Source of the DNA: a virus
DNA length: 64,000 nucleotides
Virus record (IMG/VR): IMGVR_UViG_3300045988_111426
Reading direction: 5' to 3' (one strand)
The notes beneath the pieces are model-generated. The model was not told the DNA's origin and made no database searches. It saw nothing but the letters and a program-made list of their open reading frames with translations. The position numbers were made by a program, and so were the translations under genes. Of the stretch, positions 20,891 to 31,273 are shown in pieces. Every line of letters starts with the position of its first letter. Within the stretch, counting starts at the first letter, position 1.

Positions 20891-23800
20891 TTACACAAGA
20901 CCCACGGAAATGGTCATCTCAAGGTGAACATTTTCTATCGTATGGTGATGAATCTTTATGACGTTCTGATCGAGAGAAATTGAGAAATCTTTGACGACTT
21001 CACCATTTGAGAGCATCTTCGAATCCGAGATCTTGTAGAGCATTCCGATATTCTTTGCGCAATATTCTTCCACATAGACACGAGGATCGTCGATTGTGCC
21101 AAGACGATCAACGGCATCGATCATGTCCTGCTTGAACTTTTCCAAGAAAGAATCGATGAGGTTAATCTCGGAAGAATAGTTCCCTTGATCATCGACATTC
21201 CAATTCTCGACAGTGATCTCGAACGAATTGGGGAGGTTGAGGATCTTCGATGAGAACATACTCGTGAAATCTGCAAAGTGCTTAGATTTGTCATAAGGGA
21301 TAGATGTGTCGCCAAAAAGTGGGAGACTTGTGACCTTTAATGACTTATGGTCGTTGTATACGAACTCTGGGATTCGGATATCTCCGAGCACAAATGCAGT
21401 ATTCTCCTTGCGGATGTCGTAGTTGATCGTCTTGTCGAATGTGTCCTTAGAGTCATTGTAAGACATTCGATAATGGTCGATCATAGAAGAGACTTTCGGA
21501 TTGATAGCAGTCGATAGCTTACTGATCTTTGGATCATACTTTCCGCCATATCTCTTCATAGAGCCGAGATCAATAGGTCGGTGGAACTTGAACTGGAGGT
21601 CATCTTGTCTTCTATCTTCTGTATATGAGAAGTTGTTATTTTCTACTATCTCACGAAGAAGAGAGAAGTTGACAAACTCGTGCTGGAAATTGTGGAAGTT
21701 TTTACCACCACCAACGAGATACCACTTCAAGGACTTCTTCTTAGGATCTAACGATTGGATATGCTGTACAAGAGACTTTGGCGTAAGTGTGGTGATGGCT
21801 TCCATCGATGGCTTGTTTGCTTCAATATAAACAACACCATCATCAATCGTGAAGAACTCATGCGAGTTGTCCCATTTCTTGACTGATTTGCCGATAACGA
21901 TCGAATTGTGGTTATAGTCTTTGATTGTCAGAGATCCGTGCTTAAGATAAATCCCAAGAGAATCACACTTCAAGGATCTGAACATTACGAGATTCTTTCT
22001 ATTAGTTTCCAGATCTTCTTCCACACCGATTATCTCCATGAACGTTTTATCATCTTTCAGAGAGTACCATTCGTGAAGTTTACGTGGACTACCATTGATC
22101 ATAGCATCGATTTCAATAGAACTGTCGGTATAAGACACGAACCGCATATCGAGTTCTATACCAAACATCTGGTCATATTCCTGCATCTTGATAGTGTCAT
22201 TGTTCTGAGAATCGACACCAATCTTCAGAAGACCACTGACACCTTCAAAGTCGATTCTATCACCATCGATTATCTTCCCATCTTTAGACTTGGTGGATTG
22301 AGACCCCATTGTGTAAAGATTAAGGAAGGAGAGGTTGTTTTTCGATATCTTGTAGTCATTGTAAGAAATCGTACAGATCATGACGATATTCTTGAATCGA
22401 CGATTTCTTACAATGCGTATGGAAGATTGACCATTTGGATTTACGTTGAGGATCGAGGAGAATCTGTAACCGTCGATGTCGTTCTTGGAAGTGATACTAA
22501 TAAGCACACCTCTGAAGAAAGTGACATAGTCACCGACATTGTTCTTCGAGATTATCGACCAATTTTCGGAAGGATCAGTCTTTGAATATGCCCCATTTCT
22601 AAAGCTATAACCGAAGACAGTGAAGTATTCTTGGAAGTAGTCATAACTCGAGAAACAATACTTCAGTTCGTTGAATGGTTCAGAGAAGTATGATGACATT
22701 TTCCCATCTTCCTCCACGAGTGGATGTCTCGAAATTGGGAAGAACTCATGGGTGTAATACTTCGGATTAGGATAGGAGATGTTGAATGACGGAGAGAAGT
22801 TGTCAGTACCGAACTCTTCCGATACGTTCAGACGATACTCATCCAGACGTACATCTTTAAACTCAGAAACCCACTTACAGACGGACTGTAGAGAAACAAG
22901 AGGTCTCTTCTCATCAATCGATACGACATCATAACCGAGGAACTTTGACAAATCGGGATCTGTCTTCTGCTCTTCTGGTGTATATTGTCCAAGTTCAATG
23001 AGTATGTCGTTTCTCTTGGTCTTCGTCTTGAGCATGAAGTCGAAGTCACAAATGTCGATAAAGTTCACTACAGACAAGGTGAACTCGGTCTGATCATAAA
23101 CCTGTATGACGTTCTTTGTCTGATAGATTGGTGTGTCCGAGATTATGTCGAACATGTCAACATGTCGTCTCTTCTTGACGTGCTTGATTCGTTCGAAGTG
23201 ATTCCCATTCTTCACGTATTTGCCTACACAGTTGAGAGCATTAGAATGGGACATCATGAAGTTGTTATCACTTCTTGAGAATTTCTCATACAAGAGCGAA
23301 AGTGTTCCATCGGCAGAGGTTATCTCGAACTCAATAGAAGGTCTTGTTGAGTTTTCGACGATTATTCTATCGTGGTCATTATCCACGAAGACTTTCACAC
23401 CATACAGACGGAGAGCATCAACGACCCATTCAAGACACGAAGCAATTCTCTGAAGGACTTCTTCTTTAGATCCGAATGGGTTGTAATATGTCAAGAACCA
23501 TCCATCTCGAGACCATTTCTCATAACCATAGTCACCCCTTTCAAGATTCGAGAGTGTGTTGGAGAGTATCGTTTCTGATTCCTTACCATCAATGAAGATC
23601 TTTATAGACGTGTTGATCATCGGCTTTCGTGAAGCGTCGTAGATGATCTCGTTGTAAGCAGGTTCTTGCTCTTGATCTCCCTGCAAACGTATGTTGAAGA
23701 TATTCGTTGTTGTGTATTGTGGGAAATCTTTCTTTCGAAAGTTCTTGATATCAACAACTGCGTCATCAGTCTTCATAAGACAAAGATCGACATCTTTGAA

Positions 23801-24637
23801 GTTGTCTTGTATCTTCTGTATTACGACATCATTCAGATCGGAATAAAGATAAGTCGTGAGGTTTATGTCATCAGCATAAAGACCGAAGTAATTCTCATAC
23901 TTAAGTTCCGTTGAAGGATCATCAAACAAGAACTCGAAGTTGAAGAGCTTGTGGGATACAAGCGAATGTCTCTTGTAACCTTCAGTGATCCATTTGTCAA
24001 ACTCATAGACACTTTGAGCACCACCGACGAAGTCTTCGATTGATTCTGATACTTGAACAATTGATGATTTTTCCACCGATATACCAGTGTAAGTGACGTG
24101 TTTTTGTATGAAGTCGCATTGCACATGGGAATTTTGGAAAAGTGGGAAATCGGTGAGTTTCTCGAAGTACTTGCCTATTGGGGACTTATGAAGATCGATT
24201 ATCTTCAAGATTTGGCAGTCACGAAGTCTGTCCTTCTTCCCATCTGACTTGTAGATGATGAAGTACTTCGGAAGTTTTTCACCAATGTAAAGTGGGGCAA
24301 AAATCGAAAATTCCTCATCATAAAGCATCGACGTACATCTCTGAACTTTGTAAAGATAGGTCTGATCAACCATGTCCGCATATTTCTCATAGACATAACC
24401 ATCGGGTTTCGTGGGGGATTCGTAGAATATGTTCCGAGGAACATCAGCGAAAACTTTTGAGATATCATCAAAAGGTGCTGATGATACACTAAGTGGTTTC
24501 GTATAAGCTATGCTCGACAAGGTATCATTAACTGGTATTGTGGAAATCTGGAAATCTCCATCTGACTTCACTACAAACTTGATATTGCCAGTTAATAATG
24601 GGTTTGTTCTAACAATTGCTGATGATCTTTTAGACAT
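20891..24637 (-). CDS. large hypothetical virion protein
   Basis: 1248-aa ORF with TGTAAATAACGAAAC 12 nt upstream. No recognisable enzymatic motifs. Confidence 0.7.
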   Translation of the reverse strand: MSKRSSAIVRTNPLLTGNIKFVVKSDGDFQISTIPVNDTLSSIAYTKPLSVSSAPFDDISKVFADVPRNIFYESPTKPDGYVYEKYADMVDQTYLYKVQRCTSMLYDEEFSIFAPLYIGEKLPKYFIIYKSDGKKDRLRDCQILKIIDLHKSPIGKYFEKLTDFPLFQNSHVQCDFIQKHVTYTGISVEKSSIVQVSESIEDFVGGAQSVYEFDKWITEGYKRHSLVSHKLFNFEFLFDDPSTELKYENYFGLYADDINLTTYLYSDLNDVVIQKIQDNFKDVDLCLMKTDDAVVDIKNFRKKDFPQYTTTNIFNIRLQGDQEQEPAYNEIIYDASRKPMINTSIKIFIDGKESETILSNTLSNLERGDYGYEKWSRDGWFLTYYNPFGSKEEVLQRIASCLEWVVDALRLYGVKVFVDNDHDRIIVENSTRPSIEFEITSADGTLSLLYEKFSRSDNNFMMSHSNALNCVGKYVKNGNHFERIKHVKKRRHVDMFDIISDTPIYQTKNVIQVYDQTEFTLSVVNFIDICDFDFMLKTKTKRNDILIELGQYTPEEQKTDPDLSKFLGYDVVSIDEKRPLVSLQSVCKWVSEFKDVRLDEYRLNVSEEFGTDNFSPSFNISYPNPKYYTHEFFPISRHPLVEEDGKMSSYFSEPFNELKYCFSSYDYFQEYFTVFGYSFRNGAYSKTDPSENWSIISKNNVGDYVTFFRGVLISITSKNDIDGYRFSSILNVNPNGQSSIRIVRNRRFKNIVMICTISYNDYKISKNNLSFLNLYTMGSQSTKSKDGKIIDGDRIDFEGVSGLLKIGVDSQNNDTIKMQEYDQMFGIELDMRFVSYTDSSIEIDAMINGSPRKLHEWYSLKDDKTFMEIIGVEEDLETNRKNLVMFRSLKCDSLGIYLKHGSLTIKDYNHNSIVIGKSVKKWDNSHEFFTIDDGVVYIEANKPSMEAITTLTPKSLVQHIQSLDPKKKSLKWYLVGGGKNFHNFQHEFVNFSLLREIVENNNFSYTEDRRQDDLQFKFHRPIDLGSMKRYGGKYDPKISKLSTAINPKVSSMIDHYRMSYNDSKDTFDKTINYDIRKENTAFVLGDIRIPEFVYNDHKSLKVTSLPLFGDTSIPYDKSKHFADFTSMFSSKILNLPNSFEITVENWNVDDQGNYSSEINLIDSFLEKFKQDMIDAVDRLGTIDDPRVYVEEYCAKNIGMLYKISDSKMLSNGEVVKDFSISLDQNVIKIHHHTIENVHLEMTISVGLV

Positions 24638-24649
24638 ATTTCGGACAAA

Positions 24650-24664
24650 GTTTCGTTATTTACA
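24650..24664 (-). promoter_or_regulatory. late-type upstream motif TGTAAATAACGAAAC
   Basis: 12 nt upstream of the ATG of the 1248-aa gene. Confidence 0.45.
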
Positions 24665-24730
24665 AATATGTCGAGAGAGCCGATAGAAAAAGATCTGTCG
24701 GCTCTCTCATTAATGTTCTGGGGAGGATGA

Positions 24731-26692
24731 TTAGAAGAGTGCTTTTGAAGGATCTATCAACGACTTTTGCTGTTCCTCAATGATCGTCTCCATTCCCAAC
24801 AGTTCTCTAAACTCTGATTCGCTATAAATCCTAATCCCTGCACTCATCGCCTTTTGTTCCTTCGATGATCCACTTCCCTTCTCCTTAATGACAAGATCAG
24901 TAACTACCTTCGTGTATGTTGCAGACACTTTCCCACCATTTTTAACAATAGTGTCTTCCATCGCCTTGTTTCTGAAACCAGTGAAACAGAAAACTCTCCC
25001 TTGATAAATGTCGGATTCTGTGGTTTCTACCTTTGTCTTGAAAGTGAGTACCGAGGACAAGGACTTATAGAAATCGATAAACTTCTTATAGTTTTCCACA
25101 AAGATACCTGCTTGGATATCCCCGAATCCGTTGATTTTGAGAATGTCTGTGGATGAGGGGTAGAAATCTTCTAAGTTTTCCCACGTGAGAGAATACTCAT
25201 CGACGATCCATTGAAGTTTGACTGATCCAAGACTTTGGAACATGTTTGATGCGTGCATAAGACGAGAAATGGTGATGTCGGATATACACTTTTCAAGCGA
25301 ACGGACAATGTTGGAAGAACGCTTGTCTCCAAACTCTGAGAACACACTCGCACGATCTCTGATGACTCTTACTATTTCGTCAGTGTATAAAGAATTCTTG
25401 TCGAAGATCTTCTCATATGTCACATCTGACATTCCTTCAACACCGAGCACTTTGAAGAAGAATATGAACTCTTGTAGATTTCTACCAGAGCATCTCTCAT
25501 TTGGACAATAGACATCAACGAGAGAATCATCAAGAACAATAGGAGATGAACAGTAGGGACATTCTCGGAAGAGATGACCTTCTGTGACCATTTCTCCATA
25601 AGACTTCCATCTTTCTTTCTTTGGAATAGAGTGAATTCTTGGAATCACCTTTCCAGATCTCTTGATGATAATCTCTTCACCGCATCTTAGTCCATTGTCA
25701 CGGACATAACTCGCATTGTCGACGTAGATGTTGTTGCCACACATAGCACCATCAATGAGGACTTTATCGGTGGTGATAGTTGGGTTGAAAGTCCCATCTT
25801 TCCCGATGAACCAATTCAAGGATCTAATAATCACTTTCTTTGTATCACCAAACGATCCCTTATAAGCAATAGCGAACTTTGGATTTCCGATAGAGTTGCG
25901 ACCAAGAGAATCTGCAACAGAGAGGTCATTGATATCAATCACAAGACCATCGATTTCAAACTCAAGGATAAACTCTTGATAAGTTGTTGATAGGAATTCT
26001 TCGGTTATGTCTTCAAAGTCGACAAGAATGTACCGAACAGGTATCTTGTTGAGAGTGTTCAACCTGTCGATCATCTCCTGCTTTGTCTTATAAGAACCAG
26101 CATAACTGGTGTACTTCATAAAGACAAAGTCTCGAAGCTCCTCCGAAGACCTTGATCGTGGATTGAGCTTTCCTGCGACCATGTTTCTCACATTCTTGTA
26201 TTCTGATGAGTACTTCTCTGAGAATACGCTCTGTGGGATGATAAGCTCACCGACTATTTCTTCATCATCTTTAAAAAGTGGTTCTATAAGTGAGAAATGG
26301 TGAGAAATAGAAAAGCTCATATTCTCACGACCTTTCACGAGTGCTGTCACACTTCCATCTTCTGATATTTTCACCCCACAAGACACACCATCATACTTTG
26401 GTGTGACGATGAACTTCTGAGACTGGAGGTTATTTTTAGAGACCCACTCACGGAATTCCTCGATTGTCTTGATTTTCTCGAGACCATACATCGGGATCGA
26501 GTTTTCTACACGAGCGTGAGAAACACGACCATCGAAAAGTCTCGTACACGTGACCAGAGAATAGTGATTATACGCCTTATCATAGTCTTCATCAGAGGCA
26601 GTTGGAAATCCAGAGCGATATTCATCGTTTCTCTCACGTAACCATTCTCTCAAAAGATCGAGGTCTAAGGAACAGATGTCGTCAATATTCAT
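24731..26692 (-). CDS. ligA: NAD-dependent DNA ligase
   Basis: 653 aa. Adenylation motif VTPKYDGVS (KxDG). Four-Cys Zn finger CPYCSSP...CPNERC. C-terminal BRCT-like GRVFCFTGFRNKAMED..GGKV. Confidence 0.9.
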   Translation of the reverse strand: MNIDDICSLDLDLLREWLRERNDEYRSGFPTASDEDYDKAYNHYSLVTCTRLFDGRVSHARVENSIPMYGLEKIKTIEEFREWVSKNNLQSQKFIVTPKYDGVSCGVKISEDGSVTALVKGRENMSFSISHHFSLIEPLFKDDEEIVGELIIPQSVFSEKYSSEYKNVRNMVAGKLNPRSRSSEELRDFVFMKYTSYAGSYKTKQEMIDRLNTLNKIPVRYILVDFEDITEEFLSTTYQEFILEFEIDGLVIDINDLSVADSLGRNSIGNPKFAIAYKGSFGDTKKVIIRSLNWFIGKDGTFNPTITTDKVLIDGAMCGNNIYVDNASYVRDNGLRCGEEIIIKRSGKVIPRIHSIPKKERWKSYGEMVTEGHLFRECPYCSSPIVLDDSLVDVYCPNERCSGRNLQEFIFFFKVLGVEGMSDVTYEKIFDKNSLYTDEIVRVIRDRASVFSEFGDKRSSNIVRSLEKCISDITISRLMHASNMFQSLGSVKLQWIVDEYSLTWENLEDFYPSSTDILKINGFGDIQAGIFVENYKKFIDFYKSLSSVLTFKTKVETTESDIYQGRVFCFTGFRNKAMEDTIVKNGGKVSATYTKVVTDLVIKEKGSGSSKEQKAMSAGIRIYSESEFRELLGMETIIEEQQKSLIDPSKALF

Positions 26693-26755
26693 ATCTTAAG
26701 AGATCTTTTTTAGTGTTTTGTACGATTCTTATCATAAGAACATACTTTCCTTATC

Positions 26756-26815
26756 ACAGAGAGGTACTTTCCTTGCGCTCTGATAGGTCTTGTGGGGTGA
26801 AAATAGCACAAATAA
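26756..26815 (+). repeat. inverted-repeat element, copy 3 (truncated, left arm only)
   Basis: GAGAGGTACTTTCCTTGCGCTCTGA...GTGGGGTGAAAATAGCACAAATAAG. Lacks the right arm. Next to a terminator. Confidence 0.65.
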
Positions 26816-26817
26816 GC

Positions 26818-26850
26818 GATGACCTCAAGAGAGAGGTTCTCTTGAGGTCA
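26818..26850 (-). terminator. terminator hairpin
   Basis: ATGACCTCAAGAGA..TCTCTTGAGGTCAT downstream of gene 26883-27278. Confidence 0.55.
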
Positions 26851-26882
26851 TTATAGATTAAAGATTGTGTTATTGGAATCTG

Positions 26883-27278
26883 TTAGTACTTGAACAATAA
26901 TTTCACTGCTTCTACGTGAGATTTCTGTCTTTCCCAAGACTTCTTATTCTTCTTGATAGATTCGATAACTTCCACAGATTGTTCCGTTTCGAGCATTGTA
27001 TCGAGATCTGAAATGTGGTTATCACAGACCTTGATAAGCTCGTTTACCTTATCCTCATTTGAGAATTGTGACATGACCTGCGAAAGATTCCACAGAAGTC
27101 GGTGAGATTTTTCGAGTTGTTCAAACTCATATGCGTCGACAGATAACTCATCATCCTCGCCATTGTTACTCATGTCTTGAATGTAAGAGTAGATCTTTTG
27201 CAAGGTGACATTTAGAATCTTTGCATCGAACGAGGCATATTCTACTGGTACTGGACTAATCATTGATTTTTCTTCCAT
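26883..27278 (-). CDS. hypothetical protein
   Basis: 131-aa ORF. Overlaps the upstream gene by 23 nt. Terminator hairpin downstream. Confidence 0.55.
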   Translation of the reverse strand: MEEKSMISPVPVEYASFDAKILNVTLQKIYSYIQDMSNNGEDDELSVDAYEFEQLEKSHRLLWNLSQVMSQFSNEDKVNELIKVCDNHISDLDTMLETEQSVEVIESIKKNKKSWERQKSHVEAVKLLFKY

Positions 27279-28704
27279 CTTCGAGTTTTCTATCGTTTTT
27301 CTTAATATGTTCTATGAGCTTCTTGTTCAACACGACCATTTCATCAAACTTGGACGAGAGTGCGTTATATCTGTCGATGATTTGCATCATTGTCGCCATT
27401 ATTCTTGAAGAATCATCATTTACAGAGTGATGAGAAACGGCATCACCATAGTGGAAATCGGTCTTAAAGTTCAGTTTATATGACAGCGAATTACCCTGCT
27501 GATATGTGACGTTATCATGTCTTATTTTTCTTACTGTCGAGAGAACAGCAGATTCCGTGTTATATGGGACTACATCACCAAGGAACAGAACACCATAAAG
27601 ATTGGTCACTGTTTCCCCAGAAGAATCTTCAACATCGTAATAGACGAGGATACAGTTGAAATCAAAGCTTCGTGCACCAGACTTCGTATTAAAATCACCG
27701 AGCGTGGATATTCTATCAGAATGTGTCTTGTTATATTCTTCGATCTGCTTGTAAGATGACACCTCAAAGTCGATCGAGATACCATCAAGTGATGATCTTT
27801 TGAAAGTGACTGGATCAGAACCATCTGCGTATGATCTCGTGATTTCTACATTCGTGGCATTTCCGAACTCTTTATCGGTATAGTAACCATTTGGATACAA
27901 CGTCGATTTCTCTTGCATCCACTGTTGAGAATAGGTCAGTGTGCCTGGTTGTGTGTCACAGTCATAAACCGCTTCCACAGAAAGTCCCATGTCGGTGATG
28001 TCTCTCGAACTTCTACCGTTTATAAGTTCAGATTGCGCACGATGTCTTACCACAGTCTGTTCGTTATAGTTCTTATCGGATATTGATCTGAACATCACTT
28101 CTGGAGTAGAACCGTGATCAGAGGGAATGTTGATATAAGCTTCTGAATAAGAATCACCGTCGACGATATTCTCTCTTACAGAAATGTCGATATCACCGAT
28201 GTATTGAACAACTTTGTCGTATATTTCAGATTTTTCCTCGGTGAAGCGTTTGTCTTTGTCCGCTTTGAACTGTGACACCTCGGGCTGTTCTTCAAATCGG
28301 ATCGCCCCAGTTTCCTTGAGCCACTTGAAGAAGATTCTCTCGGATGCATTTCGAAGAGTGGCACGGTCATAAGTGTCGGATTCAAGGAGAATGCTTTCCA
28401 TGTTGAGGATGTAGTTTTGGAAAGATTCCGAGAGAATCTTCCTTGCACGGTCATGGATAAGGAGCGTCTTCTGACTATAGTCCGAGGTGTAGAAGCCTTC
28501 TATTCTTCGTGCATCAAGCGTATTTCTCTGAGAGGTATTTGTTTTAGATGCAACGATAGGTGGAAGATTGAGAAGTGCAAACTTTGAAAACTTAAATCCG
28601 TTCGCATCATTCCCAGATGAAATCGTCTTTACATCTTCACCAGACGATTTAAAAGTTATAAATGTTCCCCTTTTCAGAAGTGGAAGAAGAGGTGTATAAG
28701 ACAT
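27256..28704 (-). CDS. hypothetical major structural protein candidate
   Basis: 482-aa ORF with TTAAATAACGAAATAT 10 nt upstream. Fold and function not recognisable by eye. Confidence 0.7.
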   Translation of the reverse strand: MSYTPLLPLLKRGTFITFKSSGEDVKTISSGNDANGFKFSKFALLNLPPIVASKTNTSQRNTLDARRIEGFYTSDYSQKTLLIHDRARKILSESFQNYILNMESILLESDTYDRATLRNASERIFFKWLKETGAIRFEEQPEVSQFKADKDKRFTEEKSEIYDKVVQYIGDIDISVRENIVDGDSYSEAYINIPSDHGSTPEVMFRSISDKNYNEQTVVRHRAQSELINGRSSRDITDMGLSVEAVYDCDTQPGTLTYSQQWMQEKSTLYPNGYYTDKEFGNATNVEITRSYADGSDPVTFKRSSLDGISIDFEVSSYKQIEEYNKTHSDRISTLGDFNTKSGARSFDFNCILVYYDVEDSSGETVTNLYGVLFLGDVVPYNTESAVLSTVRKIRHDNVTYQQGNSLSYKLNFKTDFHYGDAVSHHSVNDDSSRIMATMMQIIDRYNALSSKFDEMVVLNKKLIEHIKKNDRKLEDGRKIND

Positions 28705-28714
28705 GTTCTCGAGA

Positions 28715-28730
28715 ATATTTCGTTATTTAA
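28715..28730 (-). promoter_or_regulatory. late-type upstream motif TTAAATAACGAAATAT
   Basis: 10 nt upstream of the ATG of the 482-aa gene. Overlaps the stop of the Hint ORF. Confidence 0.45.
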
Positions 28731-29403
28731 ACTTCTGTTTCTGACGGAACAGAAAGTATATCAAACGATCGAGAAATGTCTTCGTCCTTTTATTCCTATA
28801 GAAAAGTTCGAAGATTGACACTGATCCATGGCTTTCTTCATCTTTGATCTTTACTTCCACCTTTGTGTCAGAAGTTACACAATTGTGATTCAGAAGTCCA
28901 TCGGAGAAGTAAAGCCTGTCACACGACACCGAGACATCATAAGTCATATGTGGGAAGTAGGAACGTTCCACACTTATGAGCTTTGAAACACCACCTTCTA
29001 AGTTTATGATGTAAATGTGTCTGTGAGAAACATCAATCTTCCTTCTGAAGAAAGACAAACAAGAAGATATCCCAAACTTCTCAAGAGTGAAGATTCCGTA
29101 AGTTTCCGTGATTAGTGGATGATCTTTGGATATCACGGTCTTTTTACCATCTTCAAACCAGAGTTCATAAAGATGCTCCATTTGGCATCTATGAACTTTC
29201 TGAAGTTGTCTTGTGTTATGGGGATGAAGTCTGCTGTTTATGCATCCCGATTTGTCATTTTTACATTCGTGTGAGAGAACACGGAAGTTGGAAGATACGA
29301 GAAATGTCTCCAAAGTTTCATCTTTGGAGACATTTCTGAACTTCAGCAATCTTTCTGAAGATTCTATGATGTAGAGAAGTAGAGATGCTAAAAATTTCCT
29401 CAT
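28723..29403 (-). CDS. Hint (intein-like) domain protein with an unusual block order
   Basis: 226 aa. Intein block B-like HLYELWFEDGKKTVISKDHPLIT. Blocks F/G-like MTYDVSVSCDRLYFSDGLLNHN followed by Cys. Then block A-like CVTSDTKVEVKIKDEESHGSVSIFELF. Confidence 0.6.
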   Translation of the reverse strand: MRKFLASLLLYIIESSERLLKFRNVSKDETLETFLVSSNFRVLSHECKNDKSGCINSRLHPHNTRQLQKVHRCQMEHLYELWFEDGKKTVISKDHPLITETYGIFTLEKFGISSCLSFFRRKIDVSHRHIYIINLEGGVSKLISVERSYFPHMTYDVSVSCDRLYFSDGLLNHNCVTSDTKVEVKIKDEESHGSVSIFELFYRNKRTKTFLDRLIYFLFRQKQKFK

Positions 29404-30239
29404 CGATTAAGACTAAAATCGTTATAGTTCTTCGTTGTCACTGCAGAGATGAATCCACCCTTACCGCCGACACGACAGCGAACGAACCCCTTCATATTTA
29501 GGGTGGAAATAGTCCCAGCGATAGCGTGATCACCGTCCACAACGTCGGATGCACGGATGACATCACGCATTTGTTGTTCCATTGATCGTACTATTGCCTT
29601 GTAAACGATCCATTCATTCTCGGTGAGGAACTGGAGACAAGGTTCGTTGGATTGGGCGAGTTCTTCTACGAATTCATAGCTTGCAAGACCATACTTGATG
29701 CTGTTGGTCTTGAGCATCTTCTGACGACGACTACGAGACACCTTCTCGCCTGTGAGAGTTATCTTTTCTTGCTCTTCGTCTTGCTGTTGTTCTTGAGCAT
29801 CTTCGTCGATGATATCTTCGTTGTTATCCACACTGGTGAAATTAAGCTCGTGTTTTTCGCCATCAAGAAGATAAAGGACATGTCCCTTCATGTTGGAAGC
29901 ATCGTCGAAGTTGATCGATATCTCAACGACATCTGTGCATTCTATGCCTTCATCATCGATGGAGTTGAGGATCTTGCAGATGAATTCCATCTGTTCTACC
30001 GTCATTACGGATTGATGACCGTTGTAGATATCGTTCGTCTGACGTGGCTTGAACGAGATGAAGTCGTCTGACCAAGCTATGAACTGTTCGTATGCGTCTT
30101 TGTCGGTGCAGTTTGCGTTCTCATCTACGAGGAATTTGACCCCATTGTGGTAGATTGAGCGGGTTTGTCCACGCTTAGTGCATGAGTTATAGACGTTAAG
30201 CAAAGAGCTGTACTTGAGGTTGAGGATCTGAGTTGCCAT
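29400..30239 (-). CDS. hypothetical protein
   Basis: 279-aa ORF with an acidic central stretch. ATGA overlap with the downstream gene. Confidence 0.65.
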   Translation of the reverse strand: MATQILNLKYSSLLNVYNSCTKRGQTRSIYHNGVKFLVDENANCTDKDAYEQFIAWSDDFISFKPRQTNDIYNGHQSVMTVEQMEFICKILNSIDDEGIECTDVVEISINFDDASNMKGHVLYLLDGEKHELNFTSVDNNEDIIDEDAQEQQQDEEQEKITLTGEKVSRSRRQKMLKTNSIKYGLASYEFVEELAQSNEPCLQFLTENEWIVYKAIVRSMEQQMRDVIRASDVVDGDHAIAGTISTLNMKGFVRCRVGGKGGFISAVTTKNYNDFSLNR

Positions 30240-30326
30240 GATCGGAATTGTTGTTTAGTTGAATTGATTGATTGATCCGAGTGATCTTTCATAACAGTTA
30301 TAACAAAAATCGTGCCAAATCATCAC

Positions 30327-30412
30327 TGTCATGACAAAGTTGTCATATTCTGTCATCTTTGTCATACTTCGTGTCATGTGTCTGTCATGTCATTCGTGTC
30401 ATATTTTGTCAT
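30327..30412 (+). promoter_or_regulatory. array of nine direct TGTCAT repeats in a divergent intergenic region
   Basis: TGTCAT starts at 30327, 30341, 30351, 30360, 30372, 30383, 30388, 30397 and 30407, so spacing is mostly 9-12 bp. The first copy forms the palindrome TGTCATGACA. Confidence 0.6.
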
Positions 30413-30442
30413 ATGTTCGGAAGGTACATAAACGAAAAAGCG

Positions 30443-31177
30443 ATGACAAGAGAAGCATTCATAAAGCATGTAACTGATGAACTCACAGAGGGTGGTGTTA
30501 TTCCAGCAAGTCCAAGCATAACGAGAATAAACCAGATCATAGACAAATCACTCGCTTATTTCTATGATCACGATGATGATTCTCACGAATATCAGTACTT
30601 GGTGGTTTCACCAAGCGCATTCAACACTGATTTGTTCAGATTAAAGAGACAGATTGCTTTCCCAAAGAATGTTCATGCCGTGATGAGATTCCGTCAAACC
30701 CGTCAGAACAGCTTTATGGGGAATTCTTATCTGATGGGAGGAGATTTCAGAGGAACGAATTATAACTTAAGAATGGCGATAAATGGCGATTCTGAAGCAT
30801 ATCTCACGGCAATCGCATCATCTTACTTTTATCAACAGATCGAAAAGTTCTGCATAAGTGACGTTCAATACGACTATTCATCAATATCAAACATGCTCAC
30901 TGTCATTGGTGTAGATCCAAAAGCAAGTTGTGTAGCTCATGTCTCAGTGAAAGTCCCCGATGAAGCAATGTTTGAACACGAACTTTTCTTCAGATACGTT
31001 TGTGGTCAATGTAAGGTATCGATTGCATCGATCTTTGGATTTACAGATCAGAAACTGATCGCTGGTTATAAGATCGACCACGCATCAATAAAAAGTGAAG
31101 GAAAGGAACTGGTAAAGGATGTCCTACAAGAACTACAAGAAAAGAGAACTGGTGACTTTATGGACTTCTTTGATTAA
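30443..31177 (+). CDS. hypothetical protein
   Basis: The ORF-track start 30359 lies inside the TGTCAT array. Plausible ATG starts are at 30413 and 30443 (MTREAFIKHV...). Confidence 0.6.
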   Translation: MTREAFIKHVTDELTEGGVIPASPSITRINQIIDKSLAYFYDHDDDSHEYQYLVVSPSAFNTDLFRLKRQIAFPKNVHAVMRFRQTRQNSFMGNSYLMGGDFRGTNYNLRMAINGDSEAYLTAIASSYFYQQIEKFCISDVQYDYSSISNMLTVIGVDPKASCVAHVSVKVPDEAMFEHELFFRYVCGQCKVSIASIFGFTDQKLIAGYKIDHASIKSEGKELVKDVLQELQEKRTGDFMDFFD

Positions 31178-31203
31178 CTCGTTGATAGACGAATAACACT
31201 AAT

Positions 31204-31256
31204 ACTTATTGGGCGATATCTTCCTAAAAATCCGAGGTCGATATCGCCCAATAAGT
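31204..31256. terminator. bidirectional terminator hairpin between convergent genes
   Basis: 17-bp stem ACTTATTGGGCGATATC/GATATCGCCCAATAAGT. Confidence 0.6.
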
Positions 31257-31273
31257 GTCGATCAGCTATTTCT

